A stretch of DNA of 64,000 bases from Dehalococcoidia bacterium (GCA_963663895.2 CAXXRD010000001.1:512001-576000); one strand, 5' to 3'. Numbered from the stretch's first letter, positions 45,169-55,152 are shown. Made by a program: numbers and translations. The notes: generated by a model not told the origin, from the letters alone.

Positions 45169-46845
45169 CTAGAAGCTCCGGGCGCGGCGGCGCAACCAAA
45201 TGGCTACAGCCAGCACCGCGCTGAAAACCGCCACAATCCCAAGCGTCATCTGGAGCGGACGCAGCCAAGGAACACTCGTTTCGCCGTCGGCGGACGCCGC
45301 CGCCGGCCGGCCGGTGGGAGCAGCGGCCGGGCCTCGCTGCGAGCCGTCAGACTCCGAAGCAACGATCGGGACTGCTTCCGGGCCGCCGTCCTGCGCGCCA
45401 TCAAGGGCTGGATCCGCTGCCGCCGGAAGCGCGTCCGCCGACTCTGAAACGACGGCGGGGGCTGTCCCTGGGGACGCAGGCCCTTCGTGGATCCGAGCGT
45501 CAGCGGCTTGGTCTTCCACCTCAGGCACCGCCAGTGGATCGTCACCCGCTGGCATTTCAACATCTGCGACGGGCATGTCTGCATGGCCAGGAGCAGCGTC
45601 GCCGGAGACCGGTTCGTCCAATGACGCCGCATCGGCCGACGGCTCCATCATGCCGGAGCTTTCGCCGGAGATCTCGTCAGAGCTTCCCTCTCCAACCGGT
45701 ACGTCCGTGGAGACGCCGGGCGCGGGCTCCGCCGTTTCAGAGCGAGCATCCTCGACGGGCTGGGCAATGTCGTCCTCCGAAGCGCCGGCGTCCACCGCGA
45801 CATCGGCGACATCGGCGGGGGGCGCGGTTTCCGCCTCCTCGTCACCTGCCGACAAGGACTCAGCATCCCCAGAGGTATCCAGCACTGCCTCCCCTTCCTC
45901 GGGTACCAACGCGGACTCGTCCTCCCTCAGCGAGGGTCCAGCGTCCTCCGAGGTCTCCGGCGGCACGACAGCGGCGGGCTCTTTCTGCCCGCCCAACGAG
46001 TCATCGCCTGGCGCATCCACTGGCGTTTCCTTGTCGAACTCCGCGACTGCTTCCGCCTCGATAGCGGCTACTCCCAGGCCCACGTTCCCTTCGGGGACGA
46101 TGTCATCCGCGCGCGAGGCTGGGTCGTCCGCAGCTTCGGAGGCGACAAGCGCGACCGAGCCAAAGCCATCCGAGCCCGGAAGGAAGATGTCCAGCAGCTC
46201 CGGCACCGCCGCAACAAACGTCTCCTCGATCACTTCCTCAAGAGCTTCCTCAAACTCCGGGGCAGGCGCAGGTTCGACCTCCACCACGCGCGGGGCCTCC
46301 TGCTCCGGCGCCGCGGGAGCGTCGGGGCCTTCAACGAGCAACACCGAGTCCACGCGCACAGCGGCCTCAGGCGCCTGAGTAACAGTGGGATCGTCAGTGG
46401 AAGCGACAGCCTCGGCCACAACCGGCGCCGCTCTCTCCACGACCACGGTCTGCGAAACTTGCTGCACGACGGCTGTACCCGATCCATCGTCGAGGTCGAT
46501 CACAACGGCCGCTACGAGCGCCGCGGCCATCATGATCGAAACGGAAGCAGCGAGGCGCGGCACGCCCGGGCCGCCCCAGCCAGCGGCGTCCGCCGTGGGG
46601 CCGGGCCTGAATGCGGGCCGAGCCGCCAGTGCCGGGCTGAGCGTGAAGCTGCGGGGCAGCGCTTCCGTTCCCAGCGCCTTGAGCATTCCCTTGGTGTCAC
46701 GCAGCTGGGTCACCTCACTCTGGCAAGCGGCACAGACAGCCAGGTGACGTGCGAATGCCTCACGGTCCCTGGGACCCAACGCTCCATCGACGAACGCGGA
46801 GGCGTCGTCATGGATACGACGGCGAAGCAGCAGACGACCGATCAC
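45169..46845 (-). CDS. Zinc-finger anti-sigma factor with long acidic region
   Basis: HLAVCAAC (HxxxCxxC), PRSFTL, TM helix; overlaps the sigma gene. Confidence 0.8.
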   Translation of the reverse strand: MIGRLLLRRRIHDDASAFVDGALGPRDREAFARHLAVCAACQSEVTQLRDTKGMLKALGTEALPRSFTLSPALAARPAFRPGPTADAAGWGGPGVPRLAASVSIMMAAALVAAVVIDLDDGSGTAVVQQVSQTVVVERAAPVVAEAVASTDDPTVTQAPEAAVRVDSVLLVEGPDAPAAPEQEAPRVVEVEPAPAPEFEEALEEVIEETFVAAVPELLDIFLPGSDGFGSVALVASEAADDPASRADDIVPEGNVGLGVAAIEAEAVAEFDKETPVDAPGDDSLGGQKEPAAVVPPETSEDAGPSLREDESALVPEEGEAVLDTSGDAESLSAGDEEAETAPPADVADVAVDAGASEDDIAQPVEDARSETAEPAPGVSTDVPVGEGSSDEISGESSGMMEPSADAASLDEPVSGDAAPGHADMPVADVEMPAGDDPLAVPEVEDQAADARIHEGPASPGTAPAVVSESADALPAAADPALDGAQDGGPEAVPIVASESDGSQRGPAAAPTGRPAAASADGETSVPWLRPLQMTLGIVAVFSAVLAVAIWLRRRARSF

Positions 46846-47501
46846 GGCTCCCTCCTCGCCCGAGGCGAGGCGTTTTCTTGCTCGTACCCAGCTAGACGCT
46901 CCCGGCCAGATCCTAGTTCCCCGTTCCGCAGCAAGTAGTCCCGCAGACGGGACCTCCCGCGGCTGATCCGGGACTTCACCGTCCCGATCGAGGTTCCCAT
47001 CGCCTGGGCGATCTCATCGTAGGAAAGCTCCTGCACGTCGCAGAGGATGATCGCCATGCGTTGGTCCTCCGGCAGCGTCTCCAGACCGTGCTGGATCGCC
47101 CGCAGCGTCTCGGCCCCCAAAGCGGCGCGTTCGGGCGAGGGCGCGCCATCGGCAGGAGCGACCCACTCCCCCTGCCGTTCACGCAGGGCATCAAGCGAAT
47201 CCACGGGGCGGCGCTTGCGCTTGCGCAGTTCGTCCCGGCAGCGGTTCCCCGCGATCCGCAAGATCCAGGCTTGGAACGATCCCCCGCGGTAGCGCCCGAG
47301 TCCGCGCCAAGCGGCAAGGAACGTCTCCTGCGCCGCGTCCTCCGCCGCGGGAGCCGACGAGAGCATCCGCAGACACAGCCCGAACACGGACCGCTGGTAG
47401 CGCTCGACCAACGTGTTAAAGGCAGGCAGGTCCCCGGCCTGGGCCATCGTCGCCAGGGCGTCGTCGCTCAGCCGTGAGTCGGTTCCCCGATCGTCACTCA
47501 T
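46842..47501 (-). CDS. ECF RNA polymerase sigma factor
   Basis: AEDAAQETF, WILRIA.N, GTVKSRISRGR. Confidence 0.92.
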   Translation of the reverse strand: MSDDRGTDSRLSDDALATMAQAGDLPAFNTLVERYQRSVFGLCLRMLSSAPAAEDAAQETFLAAWRGLGRYRGGSFQAWILRIAGNRCRDELRKRKRRPVDSLDALRERQGEWVAPADGAPSPERAALGAETLRAIQHGLETLPEDQRMAIILCDVQELSYDEIAQAMGTSIGTVKSRISRGRSRLRDYLLRNGELGSGRERLAGYEQENASPRARREP

Positions 47502-47686
47502 CCGGCCACAGCAAGCCTTCCAGGGCAGGCAAGTGAAGCACGCCCCGCCGAGTCCATCAGCGACGACGGAGCACACCGTACGACCGCACCGACCCGCCGT
47601 GCTTCAAACGATCTCCGTTACGCGGCCGGATCACAGACTAGCAACTGATCGGGGCCGCCCGTAGGCTGGTTGCAGCCCCAACGACG

Positions 47687-48316
47687 ATGAATCTGCACTA
47701 CGGTCCCCTGCGCGACATCCTCGAGACGGTCATCTTGGCGTTGATCGTCTTCTTGCTGGCGCGCGAGGCGATCCAGAACTTTCAAGTCGAGGGCACCAGC
47801 ATGGTGCCGACCTTGCAAAACGAAGACTTCGTGCTGGTCAACAAGCTGGCCTACCGCCAGCTCGATATCGGACCGTTCGACGCGCTTGTCCCCGGGAAGC
47901 ACAACGGTGACTTCCTCTTCGGTCCCCCGCAGCGAGGAGATGTCGCCGTCTTCCATTCGCCTCAGGATGAATCCCGCGACTTCGTGAAGCGCGTCATCGG
48001 CTTACCCGGAGAGACCGTGCAGATCCGCGGGGGCGCCGTGTTCGTGGACGGGGTACCAGTCAACGACAGCTTCCTCGTCAGTGGACCAGCCGCCGGCAGC
48101 AACGGCACCACGTACGTGCCGCCCGGCCATTACTTCGTCTTGGGAGACAATCGCAGCGCCAGCCAGGACTCCCGCAGCTTCGGCCCGATCCCTCAACGCC
48201 TGATCGTCGGGAAGGTCTGGGTCCGCTGGTTCCCCTTCGACGCGATTAGCGGTGGCGGCAGCAAGGATCTCGAACCGGCCGGCGCCGCGCAGCTCCCGGC
48301 CGCGCCGGCGCCCTAA
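47687..48316 (+). CDS. lepB: Signal peptidase I
   Basis: GTSMVPTL, FVKRVIGLPG, GDNR..S.DSR. Confidence 0.95.
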   Translation: MNLHYGPLRDILETVILALIVFLLAREAIQNFQVEGTSMVPTLQNEDFVLVNKLAYRQLDIGPFDALVPGKHNGDFLFGPPQRGDVAVFHSPQDESRDFVKRVIGLPGETVQIRGGAVFVDGVPVNDSFLVSGPAAGSNGTTYVPPGHYFVLGDNRSASQDSRSFGPIPQRLIVGKVWVRWFPFDAISGGGSKDLEPAGAAQLPAAPAP

Positions 48317-48321
48317 GCCTC

Positions 48322-48882
48322 ATGCCGGACGATGCGACACGCCTCCTGCGCGCTGCCGGCGCCCTGCTTACGGGACATTTTCAGTACACCTCCGGCCGGC
48401 ACGGAGCGCTGTACGTCGAGAAGTTCCGGCTGCTGGAGAATCCCGCGGCGACGACCGAGCTGTGCCGCCACATCGCCGAGCGCTTCCGCGCCGCCGCGGT
48501 GGAGATCGTGGCCGGTCCCACAACAGGCGGCACGCTTCTCGCCTTCGAGACCGCCCGCCAGCTCCGGGCCAAGGCCTTCTCCGCAGAGCGCAACCCGCAA
48601 GGCAACGGGCGGATCTTCGCGCGCGGCTTCACCTTCGCGCCCGGGGCGCGGACGCTGGTGGTCGATGACGTTCTCACGACGGGCGGCTCGCTGCGCGACA
48701 CGCTGGCCGCAGTACGCGCGGCCGGCGGCGAGCCCGTCGGCGTCGCCGTTATCGTCGACCGCACCGGGCGGCGGACCGACTTCGGGCTGCCCTTTTACGG
48801 GTGCCTCACCCTCGACATCGAGGCGCACGCGCCGGAACAGTGTCCGCTTTGCCAGCAACAGGTTCCCTTGACGATCACCTAA
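48322..48882 (+). CDS. pyrE: Orotate phosphoribosyltransferase
   Basis: GHFQYTSGRH, VVDDVLTTGGS. Confidence 0.92.
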   Translation: MPDDATRLLRAAGALLTGHFQYTSGRHGALYVEKFRLLENPAATTELCRHIAERFRAAAVEIVAGPTTGGTLLAFETARQLRAKAFSAERNPQGNGRIFARGFTFAPGARTLVVDDVLTTGGSLRDTLAAVRAAGGEPVGVAVIVDRTGRRTDFGLPFYGCLTLDIEAHAPEQCPLCQQQVPLTIT

Positions 48883-48988
48883 TTCACCTAATTCGATCCC
48901 GGCGAGCGATCCCCGCCCAGGCCGCCCGAACGCCCATCAACCGCTTGGCGGCCCCGCCCTATCTCCCTAGTCCGGCCCTCTTCCCGTC

Positions 48989-49513
48989 TCATTCCAGGAG
49001 ATACCCAACCGCGACGACGTTGCGGCCGCTCTGCCCGCTCCCCTCGACGATGACGACGGTCGCTCCGGAATCCGCCGTCCCGACGTCCAAGGTCGCAAAG
49101 CCATCGGCCTCGGTGCGCACCCGCTCGCCCGGCAGGCCCAGCGCGTCGAAGGCCGCCTCGTAAAAGTCGAGGACCGTCCCCGCATCGTCGTCCGTCTCCC
49201 AAAACACGAGGAACTGCGGGCGGCCTTCCTCTTCAACCGCCGCGCTCTGGGTGAGGACGCCGCGCGGGTAGACCAGCTCCGGCGGAAAGCCCTCTCCTGG
49301 GGTCTCTCCGGCCGTGAAGCTCGTCCGTCTCTCCGGCCCCTCAATGGAGAAGTCCTCGCCCTCGACCCGCAGAACCGCCTCTCCTTCTTCGCCCTCCAGG
49401 ACGAGGGAGCGGTCGCCTCCAGCCTCTCCGGCGCCGCCGTTGCCGCAAGCGGCCAGCAGCGCGACCGCGGCCAGCGGCACGAGCAACCGAACGAACCGCA
49501 ACGGACGATCCAT
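48989..49513 (-). CDS. Hypothetical lipoprotein
   Basis: Lipobox LLAAC. Confidence 0.65.
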   Translation of the reverse strand: MDRPLRFVRLLVPLAAVALLAACGNGGAGEAGGDRSLVLEGEEGEAVLRVEGEDFSIEGPERRTSFTAGETPGEGFPPELVYPRGVLTQSAAVEEEGRPQFLVFWETDDDAGTVLDFYEAAFDALGLPGERVRTEADGFATLDVGTADSGATVVIVEGSGQSGRNVVAVGYLLE

Positions 49514-49643
49514 CGCTCTCCTTCCGTCCGCAACTCCCGCCGGGAAACGTCCGGCGACGCGCCTGCGCAACGGCGCGGCGCGCTGACGACCTCCCGTCAC
49601 TGCTATTCTCTACCACGCCTTGCGGACTCGAAGGAGGCCCACC

Positions 49644-50645
49644 GTGCCCCACCCGCAACGCATCGCCGTGATCGACGTCAGCCACTGGCACGCGCGCTAC
49701 GACGCCGCCTATCTGCAGATCCTGCGCGACCTGCGCCTGCAGATCGTCGGCGTCTCCGACCGCGACGCCCGGATCGCCCGGCAGTGCGCGGACGAGTTCG
49801 AGAGCCGCGCCTTCGACGACTACCGCGCCATGATCGAGGAGAGCAAGCCGGAGTTCGTCATCGCGCTGGGGCGCCATTGCGACATGCCGGAAACCTTCCG
49901 CTACCTCGTCGACAGCGGCATCCCCTTCGCGATGGAGAAGCCCTGGGGCATCGCGGCGGAGACCGTCACCGCGCTGGCCGACCTGGCGGAGGCGAGAGGC
50001 GCCTGGGTCGCCGCGCCCTTCATGATCCGCTACCTGCCCTGGGCCCAGACCGCGAAACGGATGCGCGCCAGCGGCGAGTTCGGCACCGTTTCGCACATCG
50101 TCTTTCGCATGATCCGGCCGACCATGCAGCGTTACCACGACTGGGGCTCGCCCTGGATGTACGACCGCGCCGCCGCCGGGGGCGGGGCCCTGACCAACCT
50201 GGGGCCGCACGGCATGGACATCGCCCGCTTCATCACCGGCGAGGAGCCCGAGGTCCTCTCGGCGGTGATCAGCCACGCCGTGCACAAGACCGCGGTCGAG
50301 GATTATGCGCTGGCGACCCTGCGCACGCCGAGCGGGATCATCGTGCACAACGAGGTCGGCTACACGATGCCGACCTGGCCGAAGAACAGCAGCGACCTCG
50401 AGCAGAAGGTCGCCGGCGGCAAGGCGATGCTGGAGCTGGTCCCGGAGGGGCTGCACCTGCTCACCTCCGACCGCGACGAGGTGATCCCGGCCGAGTCCAG
50501 CTTCGCCCCGGGCTACCCGCTCACGATCCGGCACTTCCTGGAGGCGCTCGGCGCGGGGAATCCCCCGCCCGTCACCGCGCGCGACTGCGCCCGCGCGGTC
50601 CAGTTGATCCACGACGCCTACCGCCTGGCGGGCCGAGCGGCGTAG
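49644..50645 (+). CDS. Gfo/Idh/MocA family oxidoreductase
   Basis: MEKP, GGGALTNLGPHGMD; AAGGAGG RBS. Confidence 0.85.
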   Translation: MPHPQRIAVIDVSHWHARYDAAYLQILRDLRLQIVGVSDRDARIARQCADEFESRAFDDYRAMIEESKPEFVIALGRHCDMPETFRYLVDSGIPFAMEKPWGIAAETVTALADLAEARGAWVAAPFMIRYLPWAQTAKRMRASGEFGTVSHIVFRMIRPTMQRYHDWGSPWMYDRAAAGGGALTNLGPHGMDIARFITGEEPEVLSAVISHAVHKTAVEDYALATLRTPSGIIVHNEVGYTMPTWPKNSSDLEQKVAGGKAMLELVPEGLHLLTSDRDEVIPAESSFAPGYPLTIRHFLEALGAGNPPPVTARDCARAVQLIHDAYRLAGRAA

Positions 50646-50725
50646 GCGCCTGCCACGCGACCATGCGCCGGGACCTGCATCCGCGTGAACCGCGAACAGC
50701 CGCGGCATCGTTGTAGCATTCGCGC

Positions 50726-50801
50726 GGGCCCTTAGCTCAGCTGGAAGAGCAGCGGACTTTTAATCCGAAGGCCCAGGGTTCGAGTCCCTGAGGGCCCACC
50801 A
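50726..50801 (+). tRNA. tRNA-Lys (anticodon TTT)
   Basis: GGGCCCT acceptor, CTTTTAA anticodon loop, GTTCGAG T-loop, encoded CCA. Confidence 0.97.
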
Positions 50802-50912
50802 CACCGGCGAAAGAGAAGGGTCAAATCTCAACGTGACCGACCCTCTGTCGTCGGACGTCATGCGAACCTGGAATTGACTCATCGGTCTAGGCAACTCGAT
50901 GAGAGACGCGGC

Positions 50913-52388
50913 ATGAACCCTGTTCCCAAAGTCATGAGCACGCAGCACCCGGATAACGCAACGCCGGCGCCCTTCGCCGACGAGGCAGGAGTGTTGAAGG
51001 GGGAAGGGGAAGTCGCTGAGGCCGCAAGCGTCTTCGCCCTGGGTTGTGACGAGCAGATGTGGGACTCCGAAGGCAAGGAGGCCGACACCCAGGTCGTCCG
51101 GAAACTTCTCACCAGTCACCCAGACTTATTTCGCAATCAGTTTCAGCTTGGTCGAGACGTAGCCCTGACGCTGCGCGTGCCCAATCCGCGTATCGAGCAC
51201 GACATGCGCAAGTCGATGGTCGAGGCCTTACAGAGTGTGCCTTCGGCGTGGGACATGGCGCATGGCTTCTACAGCGATGACCACGCCGACCCTATCCAGG
51301 AGGTCATCCTTCCGTTCACCACCTCTGCGGAAGAGCTCTCTTTGGTCGAGGCCTACTATCAAAAAGTGATCGTAGGCCATGAAGACCAGGTGTTGATCCA
51401 AGGGCAGACCGTCAGGGACTGGGTGGGGGAGTTTTTCCCAAAACGCGTGCGCGTCATTCCCCTCATCGAGGACATGGAGAGCCTACTCCATTGCGACCGG
51501 ATCGTGGAGGAGTACGTGGGGCCCAGAGACCTGCCCTACCAGCGGGTATTCCTTGCGCGAAGCGATCCGGCGCTCAACTACGGCATCATCGGCGCGGAGT
51601 TGGTGCTGAAAGTGGGGTTGCTACGTCTTCACAATCTGGAAGACCAGCTCGGACTGCCCCTCTACCCTGTCATCGGCGCCGGCTCCGTCCCCTTTAGGGG
51701 CCACCTGACTCCGCTCAACATCGAGCGGGCCCACATCGAGTACCCAACCGCCCAGACCCTCACCGTCCAATCGGCCTTCAAGTACGACTACAACACAGAG
51801 GTGGTCCGCAACGGCATCTCGCAGATTCGCGCGCGCGAGCGGGGCGAACCCGTGCCGGTCACGCGGGAGCGCGCCTGCGAGATCATCGACAAGACCACCG
51901 CCGAGTACCAGGCCAATGTGCAGAAGCTGATCGGGGCCATCAAGGCCGTGTCGCCTCACGTACCCAAGCGGCGCGAACGGAAGCTCCACGTCGGCCTCTT
52001 CGGTTACGGCCGCTCCCTGGGCGGAGTGGGCGGGGTGACGCTTCCCCGGGCAATCAGCTTCACCGCTTCCCTGTACTCCATCGGCATTCCGCCGGAACTG
52101 CTGGGCCTCGCTTCGTTGACGGAGCAGGACGTCCTCTACGTCAAGGATGTCTACCCGAGTCTGTTTGGAGACCTGCGTGCCGCCCTGCGCTTCGCCAATG
52201 AGCGCCGTGTCAGGGAGTTGCTTGGCGAACCGTACTCGGCTGTCCTGAGTCGATTCGCAGGCGAGCTTGACCAGGTCCACGAGGGCCTGACCAGCGCCAT
52301 CTGGGCAAGCGTCGGCCAAGACGGCCCAACAGGACATATCACCCACTTCATCGAAGAGGCCGCCCACCTGCGCCGCTTCCTGGGCTAA
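50913..52388 (+). CDS. ppcA: Archaeal-type phosphoenolpyruvate carboxylase
   Basis: MSTQHPDN, MWDSEGKE, FLARSDPALNYG, PFRGH, TVQSAFKYD, LPRAI. Confidence 0.9.
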   Translation: MNPVPKVMSTQHPDNATPAPFADEAGVLKGEGEVAEAASVFALGCDEQMWDSEGKEADTQVVRKLLTSHPDLFRNQFQLGRDVALTLRVPNPRIEHDMRKSMVEALQSVPSAWDMAHGFYSDDHADPIQEVILPFTTSAEELSLVEAYYQKVIVGHEDQVLIQGQTVRDWVGEFFPKRVRVIPLIEDMESLLHCDRIVEEYVGPRDLPYQRVFLARSDPALNYGIIGAELVLKVGLLRLHNLEDQLGLPLYPVIGAGSVPFRGHLTPLNIERAHIEYPTAQTLTVQSAFKYDYNTEVVRNGISQIRARERGEPVPVTRERACEIIDKTTAEYQANVQKLIGAIKAVSPHVPKRRERKLHVGLFGYGRSLGGVGGVTLPRAISFTASLYSIGIPPELLGLASLTEQDVLYVKDVYPSLFGDLRAALRFANERRVRELLGEPYSAVLSRFAGELDQVHEGLTSAIWASVGQDGPTGHITHFIEEAAHLRRFLG

Positions 52389-52550
52389 AGACCGCTCCCG
52401 CCCGGGTCGGGCAAGGACCCCGACGAGGCGCCGATGGTCGAGCGGGTCCGCCAGGCGGCCGCGATCCCCGGCTGGCAGGGGTTCTAACGGCCTACTCCGG
52501 CTGCGAGGCGTGGCGGCGGGCGGGCTCCCCAGCGGCTGACGACCGGCTGG

Positions 52551-53345
52551 CTATCCCTGCGACCGTTTTCGGCCACCCAGGCCGATCGTCGCCAGACCCA
52601 GCGCCAGTCCCACCGGCGCGATCGCCAGGGCGGCCGGTACCGGCGCGTGGCCGGCCGAGCCGGCCAGCACATCCCCCAGACTCGGCCCGGCCGCCGTCGC
52701 TTCCTCGGCGTCGGCGTGATCGTCGGCGTGATCGTCTGCGCGCTCGGTGGCCTCCTCGTCCGCGTCGTCGGCGGCGTGGTGGTGGTCGTCCGACGCCATG
52801 GCCTCCTCGTCCGCATCGTCGGCGGCGGCGTGGTGGTCGTCCGACGCCGGGGCCTCCTCGTCCGCATCGTCGGCGGCGTGGTGGTGGTCGTCCGACGCCA
52901 TGGCCTCCTCGTCCGCATCGTCGGCGGCGGCGTGGTGGTCGTCCGACGCCGGGGCCTCCTCGTCCGCATCGTCGGCGGCGTGGTGGTGGTCGTCCGACGC
53001 CATGGCCTCCTCGTCCGCATCGTCGGCGGCGTCGTGGGCGTGGTGGTCGTGGTCCGCGTGTGGGTTGAGATTCGCGTCGATGTGTTGCCAGACCCCGACG
53101 GCCGCGCTGACGATGGCCAGGACGGCCACCGCTCGCGCCAGGAAGACCGTCGCCGTCGTCTGACGCACGACGAGGGCCACCACGGCGACGCTGATGATGC
53201 CCAGCGTGATCCACGGCGCCAACTGCCAGGCGCCGAGCCAGTGGCGCTCGTAGGCGAGCGCCAAGGCGGTGCCCGCCACGCCCAGCACCACGAGCAGGAG
53301 CAACCCCGCCCGCAGTCCGCCCGCTGCCCCGTCCCGTCTGATCAT
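52551..53345 (-). CDS. Membrane protein with His/Asp-rich tandem-repeat loop
   Basis: Three TM helices, repeat loop, C-terminal TM (HAPVPAALAIAP). Confidence 0.75.
   Translation of the reverse strand: MIRRDGAAGGLRAGLLLLVVLGVAGTALALAYERHWLGAWQLAPWITLGIISVAVVALVVRQTTATVFLARAVAVLAIVSAAVGVWQHIDANLNPHADHDHHAHDAADDADEEAMASDDHHHAADDADEEAPASDDHHAAADDADEEAMASDDHHHAADDADEEAPASDDHHAAADDADEEAMASDDHHHAADDADEEATERADDHADDHADAEEATAAGPSLGDVLAGSAGHAPVPAALAIAPVGLALGLATIGLGGRKRSQG
52749..53027 (-). repeat. 51-bp coding tandem repeat (~5.5 units, alternating A/B)
   Basis: ADDADEEAMASDDHHHA / ADDADEEAPASDDHHAA. Confidence 0.92.
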
Positions 53346-53539
53346 GCCGCTCCCCGTACCTGTTGGCCCCTCATCATAGTGGCTGCCATCCCCGGCCGGC
53401 GCGGGTTCCGGCGGCCCGCCGCGGGCAGCCCGCTCCTCACCGCCCGGTCCCAGGTTCGAGCCCCTGAGGGCCCACGGGAGCGGACGACATCGGGAACCGT
53501 TCCGGCGAGGTTCGCGCCGGCCCTAGCCGTGCTGCCGGC

Positions 53540-53776
53540 CTATCGATCCGCCCTGGCGGTCACGAACGTTGCGATGTTGGCCAGCAGCCATGCGGAGGCC
53601 GCGCACAGCTGCAACCACGCCCCAGGGGAGTCGACCCCGGAGATCAGCATGCTGCTGATCCAGAAAATGCTGGCCGCCGTTTGCCCGAGCCAGGTGAGGC
53701 GCCGCACCCCGGCCAGCCGGCTTCGCCCCGCGCCGGACGCGGCGACCGCCTCGGCATTTCCGGTCAGCAGGCGCAC
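53540..53776 (-). CDS. Small two-TM membrane protein
   Basis: WLGQTAASIFWISSM...WLQLCAASAWLLANIA; overlaps the oxidoreductase stop. Confidence 0.6.
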   Translation of the reverse strand: MRLLTGNAEAVAASGAGRSRLAGVRRLTWLGQTAASIFWISSMLISGVDSPGAWLQLCAASAWLLANIATFVTARADR

Positions 53777-54897
53777 TGCGTCCCGCAGCAGGAGAGGTCG
53801 TCGAGGTACATGCCCCACTGGCGGTACCCCTCCAGCGCTTCCGCCGGCATCTCCAACGCGGTCGCCACGGCCTTGGCGACGACGGCGAATCGTTGCCGGT
53901 ACTTGAAGATGAAGCAGAAGACGTGATCCTCATGGCGCACGGCGGGGCCGCAGAGAAACACGCCCGGCACGATGGTCGATTCATCATGCTCGCTCAGAAG
54001 GAGCGAGCCATCGTCGCGCCGCTCAAACAGATCCGCGACCAGCTTGTGGCTCCCCCCATCGAATCCGCCCGCCAAGAGCGGCGGCACGCCGGTGTGAAAC
54101 CGATCCCCGTCCCGGGCCGTGACCTCGTACATGTCGCCCGCGCGCGCGACCGATTCGATCGGCGTGTTCGGGAAAAGCTCCACCCGCTTGGCGAACCGCT
54201 CCTCCCGCATCCGTTCGAGCGTGAACGGGGAGAGTGCGACGCTCGGATCGGAGCTCTCCTCCTCCCAGGGGCAGTCCTTGTCGAACAGCCGCACGCGCTT
54301 GTCGCGGCAGGCCAGGTGGAAGGCCGCGTCGACGCCGCTCTCGTAGCCGCCCACCACGATGAAGTCGTCGCCGTCGAGCGCCTCATAGCTGTCGATGGTC
54401 GCGGTGTGGCGGCACAGTTGGCTGCCCGAGAACCCGTCCAGGCGCGGGTACTGGAACTCGCCGGCGGCCCAAATGACGTGCTTGGCCTGCAAGGTCTCGC
54501 CGGCCGTCTCGATGCGAAAGCCGTCGCCAGCCTTCGCCACCTGCATCACGTCGGTATCCCGGCGCACGGGCACCTCGAAGTACCGCGCCACCGCACGCAG
54601 ATAGCCCGCGTACTCCTCGCCCGTCGGATGCTCGACCCCCAACGTGAACGCGGGGGAAGTTCCGATCGCGATCGAGTTCAGATCGAGCATGCCGATCGAG
54701 TTGGTCGCGTACGAGGGCGTGATGAAGCGCGTCTCGGCCGGCCAGGCGGCGAACGACGCCCCGACCGTGTGGCGATCGCACACGACGAAATTCTCGATGC
54801 CGGCATGCTTGAGCGCCACCGCGGCGCCCACGCCAGCGGCGCCGGCGCCGACGACGACGACGTCATAGACGATTTCCCTGCTCTTGGTGCCGTTCAA
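53764..54897 (-). CDS. NAD(P)/FAD-dependent oxidoreductase (CzcO-like) with CC..C.C tail
   Basis: VVGAGAAG, WAAGEFQYP, GGYESG.D, FCFIFKYRQRF, LSCCGTQCAC; GGGAGGAG RBS before TTG. Confidence 0.88.
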   Translation of the reverse strand: MNGTKSREIVYDVVVVGAGAAGVGAAVALKHAGIENFVVCDRHTVGASFAAWPAETRFITPSYATNSIGMLDLNSIAIGTSPAFTLGVEHPTGEEYAGYLRAVARYFEVPVRRDTDVMQVAKAGDGFRIETAGETLQAKHVIWAAGEFQYPRLDGFSGSQLCRHTATIDSYEALDGDDFIVVGGYESGVDAAFHLACRDKRVRLFDKDCPWEEESSDPSVALSPFTLERMREERFAKRVELFPNTPIESVARAGDMYEVTARDGDRFHTGVPPLLAGGFDGGSHKLVADLFERRDDGSLLLSEHDESTIVPGVFLCGPAVRHEDHVFCFIFKYRQRFAVVAKAVATALEMPAEALEGYRQWGMYLDDLSCCGTQCAC

Positions 54898-55042
54898 TGC
54901 AGACTCCTCCCGTCGCCATTCCAATCCGACATTCCCATCAACATTCAAATCGGACGTGTTTCGATCTCCCGCCGCAGGCCCGTGCCGGCCCGCCGACCTC
55001 GGCCGAGCCGTGCGCCCGGGGTGGGCTGTCGCCTGTCTCCAC

Positions 55043-55063
55043 TAATAAGAATCATTCTTATTA
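55043..55063. promoter_or_regulatory. Fur/Zur-family box TAATAAGAAT-C-ATTCTTATTA
   Basis: Perfect 10-1-10 AT-rich palindrome in GC-rich context. Confidence 0.75.
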
Positions 55064-55106
55064 TTCGCGACGAGCAATCGTAGGTCCGGGCTCGGGATGG
55101 GTCAAC

Positions 55107-55152
55107 CCATGCCGCGCCACGACGTCGTGGAGCGAGTCGTGGCGCGGCATGG
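55107..55152. repeat. 17-bp perfect inverted repeat
   Basis: CCATGCCGCGCCACGAC-N12-GTCGTGGCGCGGCATGG. Confidence 0.8.

Larger units (their letters stand above)
50802..53475. mobile_element. Integrase-less islet at tRNA-Lys
   Basis: tRNA 3' segment 50777-50799 repeated at 53453-53475 (22/23 identical). Confidence 0.7.

Noticed and set aside
52749-53027. Regular repeats as a CRISPR array
   Set aside because: No unique spacers, unit is a multiple of 3 within an ORF, and no cas genes are present
53764-53766. TGA after CCGTQCAC as selenocysteine
   Set aside because: Read-through gives no protein-like sequence, and the next gene overlaps this stop
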